Shown in pieces: positions 8,675 to 18,489 of a stretch of 64,000 nucleotides of DNA. How positions within the stretch are numbered: position 1 is the stretch's first letter; the number at the start of each line of letters is the position of its first letter. Below the pieces are notes generated by a model. The model did not search any database, was not told the DNA's origin, and saw nothing but the letters and a program-made list of their open reading frames with translations. This DNA is from Cyanophyceae cyanobacterium. Lineage in GTDB: Bacteria; Cyanobacteriota; Cyanobacteriia; Cyanobacteriales; Laspinemataceae. The position numbers and the translations under genes are program-made. The stretch covers positions 96,001 to 160,000 of the forward strand of contig JBBQFN010000001.1 of the NCBI GenBank assembly GCA_038321985.1. The letters run 5' to 3'.

Positions 8675-11600
8675 ATGAAACGAATTGTTTTAATTGCTGG
8701 ATTTGAATCTTTTAACGCCGACTTGTACCGACAGGCTGCACAGTTAGCAATCTCTCGCTGTCGTGAGTTGGATATCCGGGTATTTAGCGACAGCGACCTC
8801 ACGGCTAACCCGGACGACGTAGCAACAGCACTTCAAGACGCCGATGTGTTTTTTGCTAGCCTAATTTTTGATTACGATTGCGTCCTGGAATTGAGGGAAA
8901 AAGTACAGCATATTCCCATTCGCCTCGTTTTCGAGTCTGCGTTAGAACTAATGAGTTTAACTCAGTTAGGAAAATTTGCGATCGGGGACAAACCCAAAGG
9001 AATGCCGAAACCCGTTCAATTTATTCTTAGCAAGTTTTCCAGTGGCAAAGAAGAAGATAAACTCGCCGGATATATCAGTTTTCTAAAAACCGGACCTAAA
9101 CTGTTAAAGTATGTTCCCGTTCAAAAAGTGCAGGACCTCCGCAATTGGTTAATTATTTATGGATATTGGAATGCAGGAGGTACAGATAATGTCGCCGCCA
9201 TGTGTTGGACTTTGGCCGAAAAATATTTAGGATTAAAGGTTGGGGAAATTCCCCCTCCCATAGAAACGCCAAACATGGGGTTACTCCATCCTGACTATTC
9301 TGGTTATTTTGAATCTCCGCGCCAGTATTTGCACTGGTATAACACCCAAAATCAACCCTCTGATATGTCCCCCAATACTCCAGTAGTGGGAATTCTCCTC
9401 TATCGCAAGCACGTCATTACCAAACAGCCTTATATCGCCCAATTAATCCGTCATTTTGAACAAGCCGGATTAATTCCGCTGCCAATTTTTATTAATGGGG
9501 TTGAGGGTCATGTTGCCGTTCGAGATTGGATGACCTCTGCCTATGAAACCAGCCAACGACAGCAGGGGAAAAATGAAACTCGGTCCTTATCTGCCGAAGC
9601 CGTAGAAGTCGATGCCATTGTTTCTACCATTGGATTTCCCCTAGTTGGGGGTCCGGCTGGGTCAATGGAAGCGGGACGGCAAATTGAAGTAGCAAAAGGT
9701 ATTCTTTCCGCTAAAAATCTCCCTTATATTGTGGCAGCCCCTTTATTGATTCAAGATATCCACTCCTGGACTCGCCAAGGGATTGGCGGATTGCAAAGTG
9801 TTGTTTTATATGCACTACCTGAACTCGACGGGGCGATCGATACCGTCCCCCTCGGTGGTTTAGTTGGTGAAAATATTTATCTAATCCCTGAACGAGTCAA
9901 GCGTCTCACGGGACGGATTAAATCCTGGATTGAATTGCGAAAAACTCCCCCTTCAGAACGCAAAATTGCCATTATTTTATATGGATTTCCCCCCGGTTAT
10001 GGCGCAACGGGAACTGCTGCTTTACTGAATGTCCCCCGCAGTCTCCTCAACTTCCTGCAATCCCTCAAAGATAGCGGTTACACTGTGGGGGATTTACCTA
10101 CCGATGGGGAAGAATTAATCCGGCGAGTCAAAGTCGCCGATGAGTCACCGATGGAAACTGCATTAACTCATTCGGAAGGCATCCTCCCAATAAAAGTTAA
10201 TGTAAAAACGTTAGATAAATGGTTGGGATATCTCCTCACTCGGCGCATCGAAAAACAATGGAAATCTCTCACCGATACCGGCATTAAAACTTACGGCAAT
10301 GATTATGCAGTGGGGGGAATCCAATTAGGAAATATTTGGATTGGGGTACAACCACCTCTGGGAATTTCTGGGGACCCAATGCGGTTAATGTTTGAACGGG
10401 ATATGACACCTCATCCTCAATATGCCGCTTTTTATAAATGGCTGCAACAGGATTTTAATGCCCAAGCAGTGGTTCATTTCGGAATGCATGGGACGGTGGA
10501 ATGGTTGCCGGGGTCTCCCTTGGGAAATACCGGCTATTCATGGCCGGATATTCTGTTAGGAAATATGCCCAATCTTTATATCTATGCCGCCAATAATCCC
10601 TCCGAATCGATGTTAGCCAAGCGCCGAGGATATGGAGTCTTAATCTCCCACAATGTGCCGCCTTATGGTCGGGCAGGATTGTACAAAGAAATGGTTTTGT
10701 TGCGGGAATTAATTAGCGAATATTGGGAAGACCCTTCTAAAAACTCTGCCTTACGGGAGGCGATCGCCAAAAAAATCGTCGATATTGGCCTAGAAATGGA
10801 TTGTCCTTTTGCCGAAGCCAAAAAACTGGGAATTGACTTCACACCTGAAACGGCACGGATGTTTAGCCCCGAGGTATTAATCCGATATTTTATCACCATT
10901 TACGACTATTTACAAGTCGTCGAACAACGGCTATTTTCATCAGGACTGCACACATTAGGAGAAAGTCCCAATACAGCCGCCTTAAAATCCTACCTAGATG
11001 CTTATTTTGACCAAGACTTGGACGAGGAAACGGTAGAGGCGATCGCCTCCGGCAACTGCCCCGAATCTCTCTCTCAACTCATCCCTAACCCCAATGAAGC
11101 GGTGCAAATTTGCCAATTATTAAGGCAAACCCCCGACGAAATGACCAACCTCCTACGGGGATTAAATGGGGAATATATTCCGCCTGCCCCCGGTGGCGAT
11201 TTATTGCGCGATGGACCCGGAGTATTACCCACGGGCCGCAATATTCATGCCTTAGACCCCTATCGAATGCCCTCCCCTGCCGCCTACAGCCGAGGACGAG
11301 AAATAGCTCAAAAAATCATCGCTCAACATCAGGAAGAAACCGGCCAATATCCCGAAACTATCGCCGTTATGTTATGGGGATTAGATATTATCAAAACGCG
11401 GGGCGAATCCTTAGCTATTCTATTAGAATTGGTCGGGGCAGAACCTATCAAAGAAGGAACAGGACGCATTGTCCGCTATGAACTGCAACCCTTAGACCAA
11501 GTAGGACATCCTCGCATCGATATTTTAGCCAATCTGTCCGGCATTTTTCGCGATAGCTTCGTTAACATTATCGAACTCTTAGATGATTTATTTCTACGCG

Positions 11601-12409
11601 CCGCAGAAGCAGACGAACCGGAAAACCAAAACTTTATTCGCAAACACGCTTTAGCCTTAAAAGCGCAGGGAATTGAGAATGTTTCGGCCCGATTATTTTC
11701 TAATCCTGCCGGAGATTTTGGGTCTTTAGTTAATGACCAAGTAGTAGAGAGTAATTGGGAATCCGGGGATGAATTAGCCCAAACCTGGCAAAGTCGGAAC
11801 GCCTTTAGTTACGGACGAAAAGATAAAGGAAAAGCTCGTCCCGAGGTGTTGCAACAGTTACTTAAAACTAGCGATCGCATTGTCCAAGAAATCGATTCCG
11901 TAGAATATGGACTCACCGACATCCAAGAATATTACGCTAATACCGGCGGATTAAAACGTGCTGCGGAAAACCAAAGCGACAAAAAAGTCACCGCCAGCTT
12001 AATTGAAAGTTTCTCCAAAGATACCACCCCCCGCAAACTAGAAGACCTCTTACGCTTAGAATATCGGACCAAACTTCTCAACCCTAAATGGGCAGAATCA
12101 ATGGCGAACCAAGGGTCTGGTGGTGCTTATGAAATCTCCCAAAGAATGACTGCCTTAATCGGCTGGGGAGGGACCGTTGATTTTAAAGATAATTGGGTGT
12201 ATGATGGCGCATCAGAAACCTACGCTTTTGACCCCGAAATGGCAGATAAATTACGAAAAGCAAATCCCGAAGCCTTCCGCAATATTATAGGAAGAATGCT
12301 AGAAGCTCACGGACGAGGTTTCTGGAATGCCGAACCCGACAAGTTAGAAAAACTCCAAGCATTATATGCTTTAACCGAGGATGAAATCGAAGGAGTTACC
12401 GTTGAATAA
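8675..12409 (+). CDS. bchH: Magnesium chelatase subunit H family protein (CobN/ChlH superfamily, divergent paralogue)
   Basis: 1244 aa with GFPLVGGPA, HFGMHGTVEWLPG, YAANNPSESMLAKRRG, LPTGRNIHALDP and RTKLLNPKW. Confidence 0.88.
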   Translation: MKRIVLIAGFESFNADLYRQAAQLAISRCRELDIRVFSDSDLTANPDDVATALQDADVFFASLIFDYDCVLELREKVQHIPIRLVFESALELMSLTQLGKFAIGDKPKGMPKPVQFILSKFSSGKEEDKLAGYISFLKTGPKLLKYVPVQKVQDLRNWLIIYGYWNAGGTDNVAAMCWTLAEKYLGLKVGEIPPPIETPNMGLLHPDYSGYFESPRQYLHWYNTQNQPSDMSPNTPVVGILLYRKHVITKQPYIAQLIRHFEQAGLIPLPIFINGVEGHVAVRDWMTSAYETSQRQQGKNETRSLSAEAVEVDAIVSTIGFPLVGGPAGSMEAGRQIEVAKGILSAKNLPYIVAAPLLIQDIHSWTRQGIGGLQSVVLYALPELDGAIDTVPLGGLVGENIYLIPERVKRLTGRIKSWIELRKTPPSERKIAIILYGFPPGYGATGTAALLNVPRSLLNFLQSLKDSGYTVGDLPTDGEELIRRVKVADESPMETALTHSEGILPIKVNVKTLDKWLGYLLTRRIEKQWKSLTDTGIKTYGNDYAVGGIQLGNIWIGVQPPLGISGDPMRLMFERDMTPHPQYAAFYKWLQQDFNAQAVVHFGMHGTVEWLPGSPLGNTGYSWPDILLGNMPNLYIYAANNPSESMLAKRRGYGVLISHNVPPYGRAGLYKEMVLLRELISEYWEDPSKNSALREAIAKKIVDIGLEMDCPFAEAKKLGIDFTPETARMFSPEVLIRYFITIYDYLQVVEQRLFSSGLHTLGESPNTAALKSYLDAYFDQDLDEETVEAIASGNCPESLSQLIPNPNEAVQICQLLRQTPDEMTNLLRGLNGEYIPPAPGGDLLRDGPGVLPTGRNIHALDPYRMPSPAAYSRGREIAQKIIAQHQEETGQYPETIAVMLWGLDIIKTRGESLAILLELVGAEPIKEGTGRIVRYELQPLDQVGHPRIDILANLSGIFRDSFVNIIELLDDLFLRAAEADEPENQNFIRKHALALKAQGIENVSARLFSNPAGDFGSLVNDQVVESNWESGDELAQTWQSRNAFSYGRKDKGKARPEVLQQLLKTSDRIVQEIDSVEYGLTDIQEYYANTGGLKRAAENQSDKKVTASLIESFSKDTTPRKLEDLLRLEYRTKLLNPKWAESMANQGSGGAYEISQRMTALIGWGGTVDFKDNWVYDGASETYAFDPEMADKLRKANPEAFRNIIGRMLEAHGRGFWNAEPDKLEKLQALYALTEDEIEGVTVE

Positions 12410-12506
12410 TAAGATTCAACCTCCGGCAAAAAACCCTTTTGTTGAATTTTCTGCGATAAACTTTGGGAAGATGTTTTGAAAAATTAATTAATGTTTTATT
12501 AAACAA

Positions 12507-13223
12507 ATGATAAAATTTGATACAATCACCGATGTTTTTAATGGGATTATCTCTCTAATCCAGGTTATAATTTGGCCCGCTTTTGCCGTTTTTTTTGTAA
12601 CTTACTTTGGAGACTCTTTAAAGACACTCCTCAACAATATCAGCGAATTAACCTTAAAAGCAGGGCCATCGGGAGTGGAGGCGAGTCTTACCCGGCAACT
12701 GGAGTCGGCAGCGATGCTAGGTGCAGCATCGGGACAGAAGAAATCCAGTCAAGACTCCTCAGATAGCGGTGAAAATGCCGATACAAATAAGGAATCTCGA
12801 AAAATTATTCATGCAATTGAACGGGTTTCTGACCCTAAAATTTCTGAAGAATTACTGACCAAAAAGGTGTTATGGGTGGATGATTGTTTAGAAGAGAATA
12901 GTTATGAGCAAAAAGCCTTAGAAGTCTTAGGGGTTCAATGTAGTTTTTCTCGGAATACCGAAGATGCGATCGCCAAAATAAAGGCCAGTCCCTATCATGC
13001 AATCATCTCAGATATCGAACGTCCCCCGGACGATCGCGCCGGTTACACCCTCCTTGAAGAAATCCGCCGATCAGGCTATTATATGCCTTATATTCTCTAT
13101 GATCGCACCATTCTACCCGAACACAAAATCGAAGCTAAACGACTGGGTGCAAACGGTTGTACCACCCAACCCACGGAGCTCTTTGAAGTCATCATATCGA
13201 GTTTGGTGGGCGATCGCAATTAA
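12507..13223 (+). CDS. Membrane-anchored atypical response-regulator receiver protein
   Basis: N-terminal hydrophobic helix (IIWPAFAVFFV); C-terminal receiver with VLWVDD and IISD. Confidence 0.75.
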   Translation: MIKFDTITDVFNGIISLIQVIIWPAFAVFFVTYFGDSLKTLLNNISELTLKAGPSGVEASLTRQLESAAMLGAASGQKKSSQDSSDSGENADTNKESRKIIHAIERVSDPKISEELLTKKVLWVDDCLEENSYEQKALEVLGVQCSFSRNTEDAIAKIKASPYHAIISDIERPPDDRAGYTLLEEIRRSGYYMPYILYDRTILPEHKIEAKRLGANGCTTQPTELFEVIISSLVGDRN

Positions 13224-13303
13224 CCCAAGCAGTCGCCTTCCCTAAACCCTCGCTAAATTCTGCTAGAATTCACTCAAGTTTTAGTGAAAGTTACCCAAAA
13301 TCT

Positions 13304-13921
13304 ATGATAAAATCTGTGACTAAACCGGGAGGCGATCGCCAAAAGCTAGGGTTTGCTTTCCTCTTGAGTCTGTTCAGTTTATTCCATGCCGATCGCCCTG
13401 CACAGTCCCAATCCATCGCCCTCTCTGCTGAACACCAAGCCGCACTAACAGCACTCAATATCCCTGTCGCCGTTCCAACCTATATCCCCAATGGATTTAC
13501 CCTTTCTCAAATTAAAATCAACCTCTGTCCCTCCAATAGTCCCCAAGGCGGCGAATGTAGAGAAGGCTCATCCTATGAAATAATCTATCGCAATGCGGAC
13601 AATACTTGTGTGATGATTGATGCTATTGGGGGAGGATTAGGCGGTGCCGATAGTGAGTTCCATTACTCTATTGAAACCCCCCTTTTAGGAGAAGTAGAAA
13701 TTGGATTTGGTGAAATTCCTGGGGATAGAAATATACCCACTCGTGAACAATTAACAAGTCCCCAATCCAGGTTATATAGTTTTCCGACCAAAGCGACATC
13801 GAGTCCCTCTCCCTATTATGCTGTGCGAGTTCCAGAAAACCTTTATGCCTGTGGCAGCAATACCAGCATTTCTCCTCTGGAAGTTGAAAGAATTCTTCAG
13901 TCGTTAGTTTTTTTAGAATAA
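13304..13921 (+). CDS. Hypothetical secreted protein
   Basis: 205-aa ORF with a signal-peptide-like N-terminus (AQS), IPVAVPTYIPNGF motif and paired Cys. Confidence 0.7.
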   Translation: MIKSVTKPGGDRQKLGFAFLLSLFSLFHADRPAQSQSIALSAEHQAALTALNIPVAVPTYIPNGFTLSQIKINLCPSNSPQGGECREGSSYEIIYRNADNTCVMIDAIGGGLGGADSEFHYSIETPLLGEVEIGFGEIPGDRNIPTREQLTSPQSRLYSFPTKATSSPSPYYAVRVPENLYACGSNTSISPLEVERILQSLVFLE

Positions 13922-13932
13922 GGGTTTAACGG

Positions 13933-13966
13933 AAAAATGGCGATTTTTAAAAAAATCGCCATTTTT
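13933..13966. terminator. Bidirectional intrinsic terminator
   Basis: Near-perfect palindrome aaaaatggcgattttt-aa-aaaaatcgccattttt between convergent ORFs. Confidence 0.7.
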
Positions 13967-13971
13967 TAAAA

Positions 13972-14299
13972 TTACCACGGACTACCAATTGTGATAAATC
14001 CAGACCAATAGTAGGGATGGGAAAGGTCCATTCCATTCAAATGTTCTAATTCCTTCGGCAAGGCGATCGCTGCATCAGAACCCACTAATTGTCCCCCCTC
14101 AAATCGGACCTCCGCGCGCAAGAGTTGCAGTTGTGCACGGCGCAATCCTTCCGCACGAATGGGGGCCGACTGCAACTGCTGGTAGAGTTCGGTCATTAAT
14201 CCTAAAGTTGCCTCATCATTCACATACCACACTGAAGCGATCGCAGATTTCACCCCCGACTGTACTGTACTGTACTGCAAATCCTAACTCTGTCTGTTC
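13972..14299 (-). pseudogene. Orphan C-terminal fragment of a CHAT-domain gene
   Basis: [26 protein letters not shown]...[15 protein letters not shown]. The upstream EQTELGFA lies in another frame across a (CAGTA)x3 repeat. The catalytic His/Cys region is absent. Confidence 0.8.
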
Positions 14300-14477
14300 C
14301 TCTTTAACATTTGTAAAAATTAAGTTTAATAAGCCCATTTAGCCCCCTAAAATGCTAGACTAAAATAAACCCATTTCAATAAGGATTAGCTTAGGTTTAA
14401 GGCCAAAAGGGGGCCTATCCGCTTCAGGAAAAATGTCAAAACTGTATTGATTGATAACAAAGGAGAGTTAGAGAAAA

Positions 14478-15152
14478 ATGACAAGTATCAATCAGGATAA
14501 GTTTCGGCGGGGGTTGGGTGGATTGGGACTGGCGGGAATGACTGCGATCGCCTTGGGATGGAATCAACCGGGCGTCATCGCCCAACCCCAACTCAACTGT
14601 AATAATCCCCAAACCCAAAGCTCAATGAATGCTTGCGCTCAACAACGGTGGCAAGCAACCGATCGCGAACTTAATCGAATCTATCAATCTCTAACACCCC
14701 AACTGTCTAATACCAGGCGGCAACAATTAGTTACTGCACAACGGGCTTGGATTACCTTTCGAGACTCTGAATGCGCCTTTTCTAGCAGTTTAGCCGAAGG
14801 GGGCTCGATGCAACCGATGCTACTTTATGGATGTTTAGGGGGCTTAACTGAAACTAGAAATTCTGAGCTTAATCAGTATCGACGAGGCCAAATTCCCCCA
14901 GCCCAGGGACAAAATTATCAAAGTGTAGATAACCGTCTGAATGCTCTTTATCAACAGGTGATGGGTCAACTTTCGGGTAACCGAAAAGAACTGTTAACTA
15001 CCGCAGAATTGGATTGGATCGAATATCGCGATCGCCTCTGTGAATTTGAACGCAGCGGCGGTGGTAATGCTGGGTTTAATCTCTGTCGAATTCGTCTAAC
15101 CGAAAAAAGAACGGAACAGCTAGAATCTCATTTAGAAGATAGTAATTTGTAA
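14478..15152 (+). CDS. Secreted LprI/DUF1311 family protein, two tandem domains
   Basis: AGGAG RBS and signal peptide; C..PQTQ..MN.CA and AQRAWITFRDSEC, with a second AELDWIEYRDRLC unit. Confidence 0.85.
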   Translation: MTSINQDKFRRGLGGLGLAGMTAIALGWNQPGVIAQPQLNCNNPQTQSSMNACAQQRWQATDRELNRIYQSLTPQLSNTRRQQLVTAQRAWITFRDSECAFSSSLAEGGSMQPMLLYGCLGGLTETRNSELNQYRRGQIPPAQGQNYQSVDNRLNALYQQVMGQLSGNRKELLTTAELDWIEYRDRLCEFERSGGGNAGFNLCRIRLTEKRTEQLESHLEDSNL

Positions 15153-15170
15153 AATCTGCGTCACTGTCGG

Positions 15171-16052
15171 TTATTCTTCAATCCGGGTTACGGTTACGGA
15201 ATAAGTGAGTTCACTCTCACAAGGACCGATTGAGCCCGTGACGGGTTCGGCATTTCTGGGGTCGGCAGCCGAGGCGAGGGGAATATGTCCCTCGGCTGTT
15301 AGCATTCCCGATGTGGGGTCGAGTCCAATCCATCCGGCACCTGGTAGATACACTTCCACCCAAGCGTGCAAATCGGCTTTATCTGCCTCGGGTCCTGGGG
15401 GACCTTCTAAGGGTTTTTTATCGGGTTTGAGTTGAATTAAGTAACCGGAGGTAAACCGGGCGGCTAACCCACAATGCCGTAAAATTTGCACCAATAACCA
15501 AGCCGTATCCCGGCAGGAACCTAACCGTTGGGAGAGGGTTTCTTCACAGCTTTGGATTCCCGGTTCTAATCGCACGGTATAGGCGATATCTTGTTGCAGT
15601 TTGTGACTCAGATCTCCAATAAAGGTCGTAATGAAGGGGTCTGAAATTTGAAGCTGATTCACCCACTCTTTTAATAGAGGTCCCGATTCTTTAATTTGCA
15701 AAGCGGGTTGAAGTTCGGCGGCGAGTTGTTCTTCATAGGTAAAGGGGTAGTAACTCGCGTATTCTTCGACTAAAAAATCAAAGGGATTGATCGGATGAAG
15801 TTCGGCAATTAAATCAACCTGAATATACAGGTGACTGCTCATTTCAGGGAAGTTAACTCGGGCCATAAAATCCCCGGAAATCCCTTGCCGCCAATACAGT
15901 GAATGATTCTCGGGTTCAATTTTCAAAGTATAACTGCGGATTGGGGTGCGGCAATGGGGAGAGGGACGCAAGCGTAGGATATGGGGACCCAAAATCGCTG
16001 GGCGATCAAAGGTGTAATTTTTTTGATGATGGAGGGCAACTTTAACAGACAT
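15171..16052 (-). CDS. Transglutaminase-like protein
   Basis: GSCRDTAWLL and HAWVEVYLPGAGWIGLDPT (Cys-His-Asp triad), with an N-terminal bacterial transglutaminase domain. Confidence 0.9.
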   Translation of the reverse strand: MSVKVALHHQKNYTFDRPAILGPHILRLRPSPHCRTPIRSYTLKIEPENHSLYWRQGISGDFMARVNFPEMSSHLYIQVDLIAELHPINPFDFLVEEYASYYPFTYEEQLAAELQPALQIKESGPLLKEWVNQLQISDPFITTFIGDLSHKLQQDIAYTVRLEPGIQSCEETLSQRLGSCRDTAWLLVQILRHCGLAARFTSGYLIQLKPDKKPLEGPPGPEADKADLHAWVEVYLPGAGWIGLDPTSGMLTAEGHIPLASAADPRNAEPVTGSIGPCESELTYSVTVTRIEE

Positions 16053-16112
16053 TTAAGGTGAAGCCGTGAAAGTACAGTCTAGAGAAGTAGCAGGAATTAA
16101 ACCGGCGATCGC

Positions 16113-16652
16113 TTAGACTAACCGATTGCCACAATTGGCACAAAAACGGTCATTTTCTTTCAATGCTACACCGCATTGGGGACAAAAATTTTTTGGGGAG
16201 GATGAGGTTGATTGTCCCATACTCAGACTCATATTTCCCATCCGCATTTCCATTGGTTTCATTCCCATTTCCATATCCCCTATTTTCAGGGGTTCCATCG
16301 GTTTCGTGGGTTCCATGGGTTCCATTGGTTTCATGGGTTCCATTGATGGAGTTTCTGCGGTTTCCATCGGCATCACTTCGGCTGTACCCAAATCTGGTGC
16401 CTTGGCGATCGCCTTCATGGAGGACCCTTGCAATTGTACATAATGCGGGCCGCGATCGCTTTCTACTCGCAAAATAAATTCGCCTTGACTCCGATACAGA
16501 ATAGGCAGTGCGATCCATTTTCCCGTCGAAAACCCGGTACTCGCTTGTTGCTGTTGACCAGGACCTGTACCGCTGAGGGTCACAATAGTTTGATTGTCCT
16601 GATTGGAAACAAACACCTGTTGGTGGTTACCCAGGTTGCACATATAAGCCAT
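16113..16652 (-). CDS. Zinc-ribbon protein with a Met/Pro-rich repeat region
   Basis: C-terminal FCPQCG...FCANCG and MEPMKPMEPMEP repeats. Confidence 0.82.
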   Translation of the reverse strand: MAYMCNLGNHQQVFVSNQDNQTIVTLSGTGPGQQQQASTGFSTGKWIALPILYRSQGEFILRVESDRGPHYVQLQGSSMKAIAKAPDLGTAEVMPMETAETPSMEPMKPMEPMEPTKPMEPLKIGDMEMGMKPMEMRMGNMSLSMGQSTSSSPKNFCPQCGVALKENDRFCANCGNRLV

Positions 16653-17059
16653 AACTGAACCTCAAACATTAGGATAACAAGGATTTTTTATAGTTTAGAA
16701 TAGTTTGGTTCAACTGGGGTGAAACGGTCTGAGGAAGAAAAATCTTGAATCTGTGATAAATATCTGGTTTCCCTCTAAAAACGCCCCTTTAACAAGCGGC
16801 ATCGTTTCATTAAAAAGTTTTAGGATATCAGGAAACTCTGACTCGATGGCGACCTTTTTAAAATTATCGATGATTTTTAAATAAAATAGAAGGAAATTTA
16901 TCCCAGTCCTGGGCAATCCTATTTCAAAATAGAGGACGGAATATGGGGACCTCCAAGGGTTTGAAAGGTCTAGCCATTTAGCGTCACTAGGCTGTTTAAA
17001 TATAGAGTAAAAAAGCCCGGGGAATTATTCAATATTAAGCGGTTATGATCTGTGAATCT

Positions 17060-17272
17060 TCAATCTACAACTTTTATTAATCCCATGTGTAATCCTTGGT
17101 AAATTTTATCCACTAAGTCCTGTTCTCGTTCTCCCAGATAACTGCCACAGAGGAGGCGCATCAATTGGGATTGATCTTGACGGCTAATTCGACGAGAATT
17201 TAGAATTTTTTCCGTCAGTTCGCCTATGGTTGATTCAGAAGATCGTTTAGGGGATTGCATAAGTATAATCAC
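17060..17272 (-). CDS. Small conserved-type cyanobacterial hypothetical protein
   Basis: AGGAGAGG RBS upstream of GTG; helical pattern ILNSRRISRQDQ...GLIKVVD. Confidence 0.65.
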   Translation of the reverse strand: MIILMQSPKRSSESTIGELTEKILNSRRISRQDQSQLMRLLCGSYLGEREQDLVDKIYQGLHMGLIKVVD

Positions 17273-17712
17273 GGTTAAACTACCTCTCCTTACTTCTCTA
17301 ATTTATGGGTTTTTTCGGTTGACGGGTGTGATGTTCTTAGTGTAAAGAAGCGATCGCGATCGGCAAACTTCAGTGATAGGAGTCACGGAAAATGCCTAAC
17401 CCAAAGGGTTGTAGCATCCGCTTCCTACCACTCTTACGACTATTCACCCGTTGTTCTTACACCCCTACGGCGATCGCTGCCCAAGGCTTTCCACCGTTTC
17501 GTCAATTGTCTTAAAATTTCGTAATCTGAACTCAATAAAATTGAGCCCAATTCTTGCCCTAACTCTAAAGTTACAGGAAAAGGAGACCCCAGTTCAAGAA
17601 TTTTTTAAGAATTGTTTTAAGGGAACTGGTTTGAGGATATCGCCCTATTTTGTCCGGGTTGGGGTCCCGCGACTGCGCCCCAACCCCTTTATCCTAGGGT
17701 TAGGATCAAAGA

Positions 17713-18489
17713 TTAGGCTTGATTCCAGAGTTCCTTAACTTTACCGGGTAGCCATTGGGCAATTTCGGTAATTCGCTCTTGGGAAAGTTGTTCTTTCGTA
17801 GCAGAAAAGACAGCTTTAACCACCCGTTCCGCATCGGTGAATTCGGGCATCGAACCCTCTTGAGCAATCCGAAATAAAAAGCGATCGTCTTTAATAATTA
17901 AAGGTTGACGAATGCGGCTGATAAATCCCACAAATGGATTGGTATCTTTCCACAAATCGGCAACTTCCATCTGTAGGGTTTTATCTTGGGTCGGCTGTGC
18001 TTCTGTATGGAGTTCAGCGCCAACGCGATCGGCAGCTTCGGTGGTCATTACATCACGCATTACCCGATAGACGACCACGGTCAAATCCCGGGCATCAAAG
18101 ATATCATTGAGGTTACCATTAACCATCACCTTTTCTAGAAATCCCAAATTCTCAGTGGCAATGGGGGTTCCAGGACGCCCAAATCCATCAGCGGGAGAAT
18201 GAGACTCCATTTTTTTAAGAGTTTGGCGGCCTTTTTCCGTTAAAGTGGCTTGTTTTAAAAGAATTTGAGAAGGTGAATTGGCATTTTCTTGACCCTCACT
18301 GAACTGAGCCTTAATATAGGCTTTTTCATTTAAGTAGTCTAGATTATCAAGCAATTCTTTTTGAGTAATTTCTTGCTGGGAAAAATCGGCAGGGCTCAAA
18401 TTTACAGAAGAGGATTCTTCATTTTGGCTGCTTTCTTTAATTTTCTTGAGTACAACGTAAGCTACATCATCTCTTAATTCGGCTGGCAT
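17713..18489 (-). CDS. DUF2267 domain protein with N-terminal winged-helix-like extension
   Basis: FLEKVM, VVYRVMRD and VVKAVFSATK...ITEIAQWLPGKVKELW. ATG 18489 follows GGAG. Confidence 0.8.
   Translation of the reverse strand: MPAELRDDVAYVVLKKIKESSQNEESSSVNLSPADFSQQEITQKELLDNLDYLNEKAYIKAQFSEGQENANSPSQILLKQATLTEKGRQTLKKMESHSPADGFGRPGTPIATENLGFLEKVMVNGNLNDIFDARDLTVVVYRVMRDVMTTEAADRVGAELHTEAQPTQDKTLQMEVADLWKDTNPFVGFISRIRQPLIIKDDRFLFRIAQEGSMPEFTDAERVVKAVFSATKEQLSQERITEIAQWLPGKVKELWNQA

Noticed and set aside
13972..14280. Diversity-generating retroelement TR/VR pair with the end of the haemagglutinin-CHAT gene
   Set aside because: Similarity is ordinary protein-level paralogy, differences are not adenine-specific, and there is no reverse transcriptase in the window.
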